Shown in pieces: positions 54,685 to 64,000 of a stretch of DNA of 64,000 bases. Made by a program: the position numbers and the translations under genes. Origin of the DNA: an uncultured Planctomycetota bacterium (lineage in GTDB: Bacteria > Planctomycetota > Planctomycetia > Isosphaerales > Isosphaeraceae); contig CAWGMQ010000010.1 in the NCBI GenBank assembly GCA_963823665.1, positions 224,001 through 288,000 of the forward strand, given 5' to 3'. The notes beneath the pieces are model-generated. The model did no database searches and was not told the origin of the DNA. It saw nothing but the letters and a program-made list of their open reading frames with translations. Each line of letters starts with the position of its first letter. Positions within the stretch are counted from its first letter, which is position 1.

Positions 54685-56097
54685 ATGCCCGAGCGCCGGT
54701 TGAGCTTGCTCCAGGCCGTCAGCCTCAACATGTCGATGATGGTCGGGACCGGCATCTTCATCACGCTGCCGGACCTCATGAAAACTCTCCACGGCCCCCA
54801 GGCGATGATCGGCTGGGTTCTGGGGGGATTGATCGCCCTGGCCGACGGCATGGTCTGGAGCGAGCTGGCCGCTGCGTTTCCGGGGTCGGGCGGCACGTAT
54901 CACTTTTATGACGCCGCTTACGGTCAGTCGCGGGTGGGTCGAATTCTCAAGTTCCTGTTCGTCTGGCAGTTCTTCTTCAGCGGTCCGCTCGAGATCGCCA
55001 CCGGGGCGATCGGCATGGTCAAGTACCTCGGGTACTTCGTGCCGATCCTGCGGGCACCCGTCTGGAATTGGGGGCAGATCCTTCCCGGAGTCAACGCACC
55101 GGTGACCCTTGGCCAGGTGGGTGCGATGGGCGTGATGCTGCTCGTCACGGTGCTCGCCTATCGCCGGATCTCGGTTGCGGCGCGAATGATGGTTGTGCTG
55201 TGGGTGGGGATGCTGATCACGGTGGTTTTGATCATTGCCGCCGGTTTCACGCACTGGAGCGCCGCACTGGCTTTTGATTTCCCGGAAGGGGCGTTCCACG
55301 TCGATCAGCGGTCAGCCATGGGACTGGGCGCGGCACTCTCGATCGCCATGTACAACTACTTCGGCTACTACCAGGTCTGCTACCTCGCCGACGAAGTCGC
55401 GGTTCCTGCCCGGACGATTCCGCGCTCAATCTTGATCTCGGTGCTGCTCGTCGCCTTCATGTACGTGGCGATGAACCTCGCCATTCTGGGTGTGATACCC
55501 TGGCGCGCCGTGATCGAGTCGCACCACATCGCCAGCGACCTGGTGCTCCAGGTTTACGGCTCGTGGGCGGCCCGGCTGGCGACGTTGCTCATCGTCTGGA
55601 CCGCCTTCGCGTCGGTGTTTGCCGCGATGCTGGGATATAGCCGGATCCCGTTCGCGGCGGCGCGGGCCGGTGATTTCTTCAGGGCATTCGGCAAGCTCCA
55701 TCCCGTGGGCGGGTTTCCGCACCGTTCCCTGGTCTTGATCGGCGGTCTGGCGGCGCTGGCGTGCCTCGCCGAGCTCGAGACCGTCATCGAAGCCCTGGTG
55801 GCGGCGAGAATCCCGATGCAGTTCCTCGCGCAGATCATCACGGTGTTTTATCTTCGGTCGAAGTGGAAAGGGCGTCCGGCGACCTTCGGGATGCCCCTCT
55901 ACCCGCTGCCGGCGGTCGTGGCACTGGTCGGGTGGCTCTTCGTCTTCTGGACTCGAACGCCGGTCGTCATCGCCTTCAGCCTGGGTTCGCTCGTGGCGGG
56001 CGTGGCGGCGTTCTTCATTTGGGACCAGGCAGCGCGGCGTATGGACAAACGTTCTGGAACCGCGGGTTCGCTTGCTTCTGAAACGGGCACGGAGTAA
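54685..56097 (+). CDS. APC family amino acid permease
   Basis: MVGTGIF, WSELAAAFPGSGGTY, YFGY...ADEV..P..TIPRSI, SRIPFA; about 12 TM segments. Confidence 0.9.
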   Translation: MPERRLSLLQAVSLNMSMMVGTGIFITLPDLMKTLHGPQAMIGWVLGGLIALADGMVWSELAAAFPGSGGTYHFYDAAYGQSRVGRILKFLFVWQFFFSGPLEIATGAIGMVKYLGYFVPILRAPVWNWGQILPGVNAPVTLGQVGAMGVMLLVTVLAYRRISVAARMMVVLWVGMLITVVLIIAAGFTHWSAALAFDFPEGAFHVDQRSAMGLGAALSIAMYNYFGYYQVCYLADEVAVPARTIPRSILISVLLVAFMYVAMNLAILGVIPWRAVIESHHIASDLVLQVYGSWAARLATLLIVWTAFASVFAAMLGYSRIPFAAARAGDFFRAFGKLHPVGGFPHRSLVLIGGLAALACLAELETVIEALVAARIPMQFLAQIITVFYLRSKWKGRPATFGMPLYPLPAVVALVGWLFVFWTRTPVVIAFSLGSLVAGVAAFFIWDQAARRMDKRSGTAGSLASETGTE

Positions 56098-56211
56098 CAT
56101 CGGCGTACCGAGAATTTACGGGTGACATGGGATTGCGGATGGCGGGCCGGCCGGAATCTCCCGTGGGTCGAATGCGATGCCGGCTCTTTCCAGGTAATGC
56201 TTGAGGAAACG

Positions 56212-56412
56212 ATGTCGCTTGACAAGAGTTTGAAGAAGGGCGGAAGCCTGGCGCAGGCGCGCAACGTTTTGACACGTGCCGAGCGGATGGCCTTGTTGCA
56301 AGAAGACGACCGCTGGAACCCCGAGAAGGGCGTGTACAACCTGCCCAAGACGAAGTACCGCCGCCTGGCTCCTGGTCAATCCGGCCCGAAGAGGCCGGCG
56401 CCAAAAGGTTGA
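56212..56412 (+). CDS. PVC superphylum small basic signature protein (TIGR04137-like)
   Basis: MSLDKSLK..RNVLTRAER...W...VYNLPK; GAGG RBS. Confidence 0.85.
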   Translation: MSLDKSLKKGGSLAQARNVLTRAERMALLQEDDRWNPEKGVYNLPKTKYRRLAPGQSGPKRPAPKG

Positions 56413-56463
56413 AGCTGCCGGGGCGGCGCAGTGCCGTCTCGTCTTGTCGTGCCCGGTCCTGTC

Positions 56464-56751
56464 CTAGCGGTCGGTGGGAACCTCGTTGATCAGTGCGGCG
56501 AGCGTGAAATCGCGATCGGTGAGACCGCCAGCATCGTGAGTGGAGAGTTCCATTCGAACGTTGCGATAGCTGACGATCATGTCCGGGTGGTGATCGGCCT
56601 TGTCACTGATGGCCGCCACTTGATTCACAAACTCCATCGCGCGGCGGAACGACGGGAATTGCCACGAGCGGACGAGCATGTCTCCGTGCCGTTCCCAATC
56701 CTTGGCCTTCGGCAGTCGTTCGAGGATCTCGGTTTCGCTGAGCTTCTGCAT
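56464..56751 (-). CDS. phhB: Pterin-4-alpha-carbinolamine dehydratase
   Basis: HHPD..Y..V...LSTHDAGGLTDRD. Confidence 0.92.
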   Translation of the reverse strand: MQKLSETEILERLPKAKDWERHGDMLVRSWQFPSFRRAMEFVNQVAAISDKADHHPDMIVSYRNVRMELSTHDAGGLTDRDFTLAALINEVPTDR

Positions 56752-56994
56752 GAGAGCACCTTGGTCGGGCCTGGGTCAAGCGCGGGTTCGAGCGGTCGAA
56801 ATTTGAACCACCGCAAACTCCCGCGCCGGACGCACTGGCTTCCAAAATGTATTATTTCGTTCGACGCCAATCGGGCACAAGGGTCGTTCGGGCGGGCTGG
56901 CCGCCGGACGAGTCGAGCAGCTTTCGCGGCGCATTGCCGGGAATGAACAAATGACGCGCGGGCTGGCCGGGGCAGGTGCGGCAAGGCGAACGAC

Positions 56995-57858
56995 ATGACG
57001 ATCACGCTCGTTGCGACTTGCGTGGCCGTGCTGGTGGCCAGCGTCCTGGGTGGGATCGTTCCGCTGGCGACGGTGCTGAACCACACCCGGCTGCAAGTTT
57101 ACCTCAGTTTTTCGGCCGGGACGATGCTGGGCGCGGCATTCTTCCACATGATGCCGGAAGCCGTGCGGGTCGGTTCGGCCGCGACGATTCCGTGGGCGGC
57201 GGCGGGTCTGCTGGCGCTCTTCTTTCTGGAGCGGTTCTTCTCATTTCACCACCACGAGTCGCAAGAGCGTGCGACCCACTCTCATCACGCCGGCCACAAT
57301 CGTCACGAACCGCGCGAGCATTCGCTTCATTTACATTCGGAAGCGTCGACTGCGCATACACCGGCTGGGGCCGGCCATGCACTCGCGTGGGCACCCGCGG
57401 CTTTTGGTCTGGCGGTTCATTCCCTGGTGGGCGGCGTGGCTCTGGCCAGCGCCGTCGCTGCGGATTTCCAGGAACATCGTGGCCTCGGTGAAGCGGGAAT
57501 TGGCGTGTTGCTGGCCACTCTGGTGCACAAGCCGGCCGATGCGCTGACGATCTCGACGCTGATGGTGCGGGGCGGATCGGCCCGCTGGTTTGTCCATCTG
57601 GTCAATCTGGGATTCGGGTTGATGATCCCGCTCGGCGTGGCTCTCTTCGTGATCGGTATGTCGGAATTCACACCCGGCGCGGCGGCGTCATTTGCGGCCG
57701 GAGCACTTTCCTTCTCCGCCGGCACGTTTCTGTGCATTGCGCTTTCGGACCTGCTTCCGGAGCTTCAATTCCACTCGCACGATCGGCTCAAGTTATCAGT
57801 GGCGTTGCTCGTCGGGGTGGTGTTGATGGGGGCGACGGCGATCTTGTCGCCCGGGTAG
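56995..57858 (+). CDS. ZIP family zinc/metal transporter
   Basis: SFSAGTMLG..H.MPE, His-rich loop, HS..GG, HKPAD, AGTFL.IA.SDLLPE. Confidence 0.88.
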   Translation: MTITLVATCVAVLVASVLGGIVPLATVLNHTRLQVYLSFSAGTMLGAAFFHMMPEAVRVGSAATIPWAAAGLLALFFLERFFSFHHHESQERATHSHHAGHNRHEPREHSLHLHSEASTAHTPAGAGHALAWAPAAFGLAVHSLVGGVALASAVAADFQEHRGLGEAGIGVLLATLVHKPADALTISTLMVRGGSARWFVHLVNLGFGLMIPLGVALFVIGMSEFTPGAAASFAAGALSFSAGTFLCIALSDLLPELQFHSHDRLKLSVALLVGVVLMGATAILSPG

Positions 57859-58042
57859 ACGAGGGCGGATGCGGCGAGACGAAAACACCAAGACTCGTTG
57901 CGATAAGAGATGGTGAACATCGGCGAAACGTCGTGGTTATATTGCGACCGCTCGAACGACGCGCTGGTGGAGATGGCGACGCCCCATCTGGTAGAATACC
58001 ACCTCAACGATTTGGCCATCGAGTGCGACCACGGATCCAGGA

Positions 58043-58395
58043 ATGGCGAACATGGATCAAACCATTAGGTACCCCGCGCTCACTGAGGGGCTGCTCAGCG
58101 AAGTAGTACAGCGCGTGCTTAAGGTAGGATCGCCGCACAAGATCGTGCTCTTCGGTTCGCACGCGCGCGGGGACGCGCGCCGGATAGTGACCTAGACCTG
58201 CTCATTCTTGAAGATTCGGAGCTGCCGAGGTATCAGCGAAGTCCACGCTATTACCATGCATTGGCGGGGGTTTTCCCAGCCAAGGATATTCTGGTATACA
58301 CGCCCGACGAGGTCAAAGTGTGGTGCGACGTTCCGAACGCGTTTGTGACGACCGCGCTGCGCGAAGGAAGGGTATTGTATGGCGACGCCGGCTGA
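58043..58395 (+). CDS. Minimal nucleotidyltransferase (MNT) antitoxin; frameshift near 58180
   Basis: Read manually: IVLFGSHARGDA|DSDLDLLI...DILVYTPDE...ALREGRVLY; overlaps the HEPN start. Confidence 0.8.
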
Positions 58396-58777
58396 CCTGG
58401 CGCGAGGGTGGATGCAGAAAGGGGATAGCGACCGTCTCAATGCCGACCGTACCACGCAGACGCCCGGCCCTTATGACACCGCGTGCTTCCATGCCCAGCA
58501 AGCCGTAGAGAAATACCTCAAAGCGGTGCTCGCTTTTTCGGGGTCGCCGATCCTTCGCACGCATGACCTGGAAGACATTGACAATTCGTGTCTCGCCGTT
58601 GCGCCTGCGCTCGTGCTTGACCGCATGGAGTTGTCGACACTCACGCCGTACGCAGTGCAACTCCGCTATGATATGGGCTTCTGGCCAGACCAAGCGACGG
58701 CGCATGAGGCGCTCGCAACGGCTGATCGAGTACGCGCAACGGTGCTTTCGGTCCTGCCGCCTTCAGCGCACCCTTGA
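58379..58777 (+). CDS. HEPN domain toxin
   Basis: ACFHAQQAVEKYLKA, RTHDL, YAVQLRY. Confidence 0.88.
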   Translation: MATPADLARGWMQKGDSDRLNADRTTQTPGPYDTACFHAQQAVEKYLKAVLAFSGSPILRTHDLEDIDNSCLAVAPALVLDRMELSTLTPYAVQLRYDMGFWPDQATAHEALATADRVRATVLSVLPPSAHP

Positions 58778-58936
58778 AGGCTTTGCAGTCGCTGGTCAAT
58801 TCCAGGCCGGTCGGCAGGACATCAGATCGCGCGTCGGAATGTGAATCGCAGGAGCAAGGAATCATAATGGAACCAGCGCGCATTCTGCGGACACTACTGC
58901 AGGAATCGCACAAGACCTCCTGTACGATTGGTTGTC

Positions 58937-61074
58937 ATGGCAAAAGCTCGAACGAGATGCCGTTACGCTCACACGCTGTTCAACCTCGGGTCGTTCGGTG
59001 CCTTGCCCGACGGTGAGCTACTGAGCCTGTTCGCTTCGCGGCGCGATGAAGCCGGGGAACTGGCATTTGCCGTACTCGTCGAGCGCCATGGGCCGATGGT
59101 CCATCGTGTGTGCCGGTCAATTCTACGCGACGAGCATGACGCCCAGGACGCTGTGCAAGCGACATTCCTGGTGCTCGTGCGCCGCGGCGGCACAGTACGT
59201 AATCGGGGCTCGATCGGAAGCTGGCTGCACGGAGTGGCGCTTCGGGTGGCCTCGTGCGCCAGGGTTTCGGCCGGCCGGCGATGGGCGCGCGAACGCCGGG
59301 CCGCTGCACTCGTGCCGGCGGAGTCGATGGGAGCAATGAGCGAATCCGGCCTCACTGAAGCGCTTCACGAAGAGCTTGAGCGTCTGCCGGAGCGTCATCG
59401 GGCGGCAATCGTGCTCTGCTACCTCGAGGGCCTACCTTGCGACACCGCGGCGAGCCGGCTCGGCGTGCCAGTGGGCACGGTCAAAAGCCGGCTGGCGCGG
59501 GGCCGGGAGCGTCTGCGAGACCAATTGATCCGCCGCGGATTTGCGCCATCCGCGGGGTTGTTCTCGCCTGCGGGATGGCTGGACGGTCCATCGCCCGGGC
59601 TTCCGGCTGGTGCTGTGGAATCGATCGCCCGAACGGCTGTCGCCTTTGCCGCGGGAGATGAGGCGAGCCTGGGGGCCGTCTCCTCCTGGATTGCTTACAT
59701 CGCTAAACGGGTGCTGTTCAGCATGTCCTTGCGCGCGCTGGCGCGGGCTGCGGGTGTGGTGCTCACCGTCGTGGTTGCATCGATCGGCCTGACGGCGTTT
59801 GCGCAGAGGACTTCAGCCGATCGTGCCACAACACAGGCCGCCGGCAGGAACGAAGCGTCGCGCGAACCTGCCCCGGCGCGCGTTGAACCGGAGTCGGTAA
59901 TCAAGCAGGCGCTCCGCGCGGCGGACGAGATTCCGGTTCCCTGGACGAAGGCGTACGCACTGGCCGATATCGGGGCGATCCAGGCGAAATTCGGGCAGGC
60001 TGAGCCAGCGCGGGCGACCTTTCGCCGCGCGGCTGAGATCATCGAGGGAAATCGCGGCAACCAGTCTTTGCACACCACGCAGCTCGCGTGGCTGGCCAAG
60101 GCGCAGGCGGCCGGGGGTGATCGCGCGGGCGCTCGGGCGACGATCGTCAAGATCATCGAGAGCGCCGGGCTCATCGGCGACGCGGCGAACCGCGACCGAG
60201 CGATTGACAACGCCGCGCGATGGCAGGCCCAGGCAGGCAACCCGGAGGGTGCACTCGCGCTACACGAGGCGATCAAGGACGCGCCGGCATGGATGCGAGC
60301 GTTTACCTTGTCCGAGATCGGTGGGGCGCAGGCCGGGGCGGGCGACTTGGCCGGTGCCCGCGCGACGATGGCGCGCGCACTGACAGCGGCCGAGCGCGCG
60401 GAAAACGAACCAGGCGCGAACAACCATGATGCCATTCGCGCGCTCGACGCCATGCGGCTTGCCCATGTGCGCGGGATCGCGCCGTTTGCCAGGGCGGAGG
60501 CGAAGACCGGGGACGTGAAGGAGGCTCGCGCCACGCTCGCGCGGGCTCGGATTGTCGCCGCTCGCGTGCGCGACCAGTGGCGGCCGGCTCCGCTGGCCGA
60601 GATCGCGATGGCTTATCGTGTCGCCGGTGATGCGAAGGCCGCGGACGAGGCACTGAAATCGGCCGTCGCAATCGCGATGGGATTCGCGGAGCCAGGACAG
60701 CGGATCGAACAGTTGCGCGCGTGGCGATCATCCAGGCGGAAGCCGGTGACCGAAAGGCGGGGCGCGAAACTTATGATCAAGCCTTATGGATCGCCGCGCA
60801 GAACCCGCCGGCGCCGGGCAGTCTAGCTTACCAGTGCCTTTCGGGTGCAAAGGCGCGCGTGGGAGATTGGTCCGGGGCGCGGGAGTTCGCATTGGGACAG
60901 ACTGATTCGTTCCTCAGGGCGACGCACGCGGAGGGGGCATGCTTTGAGCAGTCGAAGGCGGGCGAAACTCGCGATGCGCTCGCATGGGCTCTCGGGCAGT
61001 CCGATCCGATCAATCGGGCGCGGGCGTTGCTTGGGGTCGTCCGTGGGATGATGGAGCAGAAGCAAATAAAATAG
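58937..61074 (+). CDS. ECF sigma-70 factor with TM and TPR-like helical extension; frameshift near 60720
   Basis: VERHGPMV, DAVQATF, SWLHGVA, LPERHRAAIVLCYLEG, GTVKSRLARGR; AQA.AGD..GA repeats. Confidence 0.88.
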
Positions 61075-61203
61075 TCGTGGCCACTCGAGCCGGGTCGAGC
61101 GATCGCGCAAGCCATTTGATAAAGAAAAACGCACTTTCGCGGAGCGAAAGGCGACTTTGTTTCGCTGTCGAACGCAGACCGACTTGACCTCTGCGCGGGC
61201 GGC

Positions 61204-61830
61204 TCAGGTTACCCACCATCGAATCAAAAGCGTGCAAATCAATAGCAGCACGAGAGCGACGCCTAGCCCCAGGGCGATACGCTGCCGACTGCTTAACCCG
61301 CGGCGCAGTGAGGCGAAGTCGGTCTTCAACTGTTTGAGCGTCCGCTCGAGCTCGGCGTCGTTGGCGGCCGCGTGCCAGAGGTGAACGTAAGCACGCATCC
61401 GTTCCCTCCACGCGTCTTGAAGCACGCGCCGCTCGGCTTGATATCCGGCGGGGTCAGGGTGCTTCGAATCAGACGGAAGGTCGAGCTGCTCGAGCGTCCG
61501 GTCGTGCGTGCAGCCGTCTTCGGCAGACAGCAGCCAAACCGGCTTGTTGCGGCGACGGGCGTAGAGTAGCTCGTACTGGGTGTAAGAGACACGCTCGAAC
61601 TCGGGATCGGGCGCCGGCGGCTCAGCGCCGTAGGCTCGGCCGATGATCTGAATGAGGCCCTGACACGGGTCAATCTGGAGGCGGATCACTTCCTTCAAGT
61701 CACCGGACTCCGTGCCAAGAAAATCATGCCAGACCGGCTCGTAGCCCATTCGGCGCAAAACCTTCGCCGCGAGTTGCCGGATCGACCCCAGCTCGGACGG
61801 CACCGTCGAAAGATAGATTCGGGGTTTCAC
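61204..61830 (-). CDS. DUF4062 domain protein with single C-terminal TM
   Basis: RIYLSTVPSEL..R, IGRAYG, SYTQYELLYA..KPVW; GTG 61830 after GAGG. Confidence 0.75.
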   Translation of the reverse strand: MKPRIYLSTVPSELGSIRQLAAKVLRRMGYEPVWHDFLGTESGDLKEVIRLQIDPCQGLIQIIGRAYGAEPPAPDPEFERVSYTQYELLYARRRNKPVWLLSAEDGCTHDRTLEQLDLPSDSKHPDPAGYQAERRVLQDAWRERMRAYVHLWHAAANDAELERTLKQLKTDFASLRRGLSSRQRIALGLGVALVLLLICTLLIRWWVT

Positions 61831-61980
61831 CGGGGACCTCGGAACAACAGGAACGAGTCTTGATTGATTATAGTCAGTTGTAAGAGCGGACGGTTTGCAA
61901 TGCCGAACCCTACATAGAGCATGGGATTTCTCGCGGCGTATACTCCCTGGCGCGTTGATTTTTGTGGCGAGCGACGAATC

Positions 61981-63204
61981 GTGTCTACACCTGGAAGCGT
62001 GAAGCCGCGCCGCGGTCGCTTTGCTATCAGCTTGCGGGGGCTGATTCTGGTTGTCCTGATCCTGGGCGGCTGGATGGGGTGGATCATCAACCGGGCCGAG
62101 TCGCGTCGTAGCGCGGTCGCCGCGCTCAAGAAGAACGGGGCGATCGCGCTCTACGACTACGAGAGCATGCGCGGGATCAAGACGCCGACGTCGCGGCCGT
62201 GGGCGCCGGGCTGGCTGCGGAGCAGCCTCGGGGACGACTATTTTCAAAGTGTGACGTACGTCAACATGACGCCGGCCGTCGGCCACGACTATCAGCTCGT
62301 TGATCGCGACTTCGCGCCCCTTGCAGCGCTCGACCGGCTTGAAGAGCTCGTCGTCCTTGACACTCCGCTCACCGATGCGGGGCTTGCGCATTTAGAAGGA
62401 CTGACCGATCTCAGACGACTGATCCTTATCAATTTGGACCCGGCCAAGCCCAAGATGCGGTTGACCGACGCGGGCGTTGCGCGGCTGCGAGGGATGACCA
62501 AGCTTCATACGTTGGACCTGACCGGCGCGAGCATAAGCGATGGCGGGCTCGAGGCTCTTCGGCGGATGACCGACCTTGAATCACTCGGCCTCCGAAGCAC
62601 CAAGATCACCGGCCCAGGGTTGGTTCACTTGCACGGGATGACGCATCTCAAGGCGCTTCGTGTGAGCCGCACGCCACTCACCGATGCCGGGTTGGCACAA
62701 CTGAGCGACATGGTGAGCCTCGAGGAATTGAGGATCGACGCGACGAATACGACGGACGCGGGTCTCAAGCATCTGGTGCGGCTCACGGCGCTTCGCAGGT
62801 TAGACCTGGGGCTGGAGAACAGCTCGGACTCCGGGCTCGCACACCTGGCAGGTTTGACGAATCTGCAGGTGCTCGAGCTCAGTGGCGAGCGCGTGACCGA
62901 TGTCGGGATGGTGCATCTGTACGGGCGCAAAAACATGACGGAGCTCTACATGATCGACTCGAGGGTCACTGACGCGGGGCTCGTTCATCTAGAAGGCTTG
63001 GACAAGCTCACATCGCTCGCGGTCGTCGGTGCGCGTGGAGTGACGGATGCCGGGCTGGCTCACTTTCGCGGGATGAGCCAGCTCAAGGAACTGCACGTAA
63101 GCGGCACAAGTGTGACCGACGATGGATTGGAAGAGTTCTACGCGGCGATGCCGGCGGTCCGCCGGACTGCGAAGAGGCAAGTAAAGAGTGTCGCGGGGAA
63201 ATGA
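61981..63204 (+). CDS. Planctomycete leucine-rich repeat protein with N-terminal TM
   Basis: About 10 repeats of ~24 aa LxxLxLxxTxxTDAGLxHL; SLRGLILVVL N-terminus. Confidence 0.9.
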   Translation: MSTPGSVKPRRGRFAISLRGLILVVLILGGWMGWIINRAESRRSAVAALKKNGAIALYDYESMRGIKTPTSRPWAPGWLRSSLGDDYFQSVTYVNMTPAVGHDYQLVDRDFAPLAALDRLEELVVLDTPLTDAGLAHLEGLTDLRRLILINLDPAKPKMRLTDAGVARLRGMTKLHTLDLTGASISDGGLEALRRMTDLESLGLRSTKITGPGLVHLHGMTHLKALRVSRTPLTDAGLAQLSDMVSLEELRIDATNTTDAGLKHLVRLTALRRLDLGLENSSDSGLAHLAGLTNLQVLELSGERVTDVGMVHLYGRKNMTELYMIDSRVTDAGLVHLEGLDKLTSLAVVGARGVTDAGLAHFRGMSQLKELHVSGTSVTDDGLEEFYAAMPAVRRTAKRQVKSVAGK

Positions 63205-63231
63205 TGGCTTCTGGTGCGGTGGCTGTCCGGC

Positions 63232-63620
63232 TTATTTCGAAGTCGCAGGCGTGGGGTTGGATGTGGGTTGCGCGGCTGCGTGGGGCTTGTCCTTGGCAAC
63301 CTCGAGCACTGCGGCGGCTTCTTCGCGGAAGCGCTGGAGCTCCCGGTTGTTGGGATCGCGCTGACGCATCCATTCGATGGCTTTCGCATACCACTTCGCT
63401 GCCTCGTCATGCTGGCCGAGCCGCGCGTGGGCCATCGCGAGGAAAAAAGCATTGTGGCTTTCGACGTCACTGGACTTTTCGCTGAGGGCGAGCGTCTGGA
63501 TCGCGCCTGCAAAGTCGCCCGTGCGATAGCGCGCGATGCTCAGCGTGTTCGCCTGACCGGTGTTCTTCGGCTCTGCCGCCACGGCCAAGCTCGTTGATCA
63601 GGCGATATCGCTCTTGAAGC
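63232..63620 (-). pseudogene. TPR C-terminal fragment typical of planctomycete Ser/Thr kinase-TPR proteins
   Basis: NTLSIARYRTGD..FFLAMAHARLG..A.KWY.KA..W...EL.RFREEAA.VL; no intact upstream domain inside the window. Confidence 0.55.
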
Positions 63621-64000
63621 ACGGTGCCTGGCTTGAAGTCGTCGAAGACTCTCTTGAGCGCCTCCGGCTCGAGGGCGAGGTGGCGCGGTCTCCATTGCCG
63701 CCACCGCGCGCAACGATGTACGAGACGGTTGCCTTGGGATCATTGAGCGTTGCGGCTGCCTTCAGTTTCGAAAACCAAGGCGTTCGATCCGGGGGGATCG
63801 TTGCCTTCTCGGCGATCGAGGTTGATGCATCGTCTTTGAATGGCTCGGTGGCTGTGTTTGCAACGGGCAAGGAGGCTCGCCTCCGCTCAATGCAATGCGA
63901 AACCGAAAATCGTGTAGCACGATCGGATTTATCCTGGTGGAAAACGCGCGTGCACACCACCTTGACAGGCAGGGTGCAAGGTGGAATGCGGAAGGCTGAG

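Noticed and set aside
56100..56460. rRNA/tRNA near the PVC signature protein
   Set aside because: No rRNA-conserved sequence or cloverleaf recognised anywhere in the window
56840..56865. Zur box before the ZIP transporter
   Set aside because: AT-rich but only weakly palindromic; insufficient match
63598..63960. 120-aa minus-strand ORF
   Set aside because: No recognisable motifs and weak coding pattern; probably spurious or decayed

Overview
GC-rich bacterial DNA, almost certainly a planctomycete (Isosphaeraceae/Singulisphaera-like). Markers are DUF1559 prepilin, DUF1501, DUF1549/DUF1553, a PVC-type CxxCH protein, the PVC small basic signature protein and ECF sigma factors with long extracytoplasmic extensions. 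Contents in order: enolase-family enzyme; BrnT/BrnA-like TA pair; purine-oxidation cluster (8-oxoguanine deaminase, xanthine-dehydrogenase-family subunits, ABM-like membrane protein); gluconolactonase; a 2,250-aa glycine-rich PGRS-like secreted repeat protein; Tat sugar isomerase; lactate permease; tandem ECF-sigma/sigma-less paralog pair; Tat RspA-like dehydratase; Cys-rich RxxRPP small ORF before DUF1559; GH13 branching enzyme; DUF1549/1553 and DUF1501; a 1.5-kb small-ORF + MBL hydrolase cassette bounded by 14-bp direct repeats that each supply a promoter -35; BlaI/BlaR1; more ECF sigmas; response regulator; aminotransferase; FabF; APC permease; PhhB; ZIP transporter; MNT-HEPN TA pair; DUF4062-TM; LRR protein; TPR fragment. 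About 20-25 single-base frameshifts break otherwise intact genes and are best read as long-read assembly errors. No rRNA, tRNA, CRISPR array, integrase or transposase was recognised. All family calls come from motif recognition by eye; no database searches were run.
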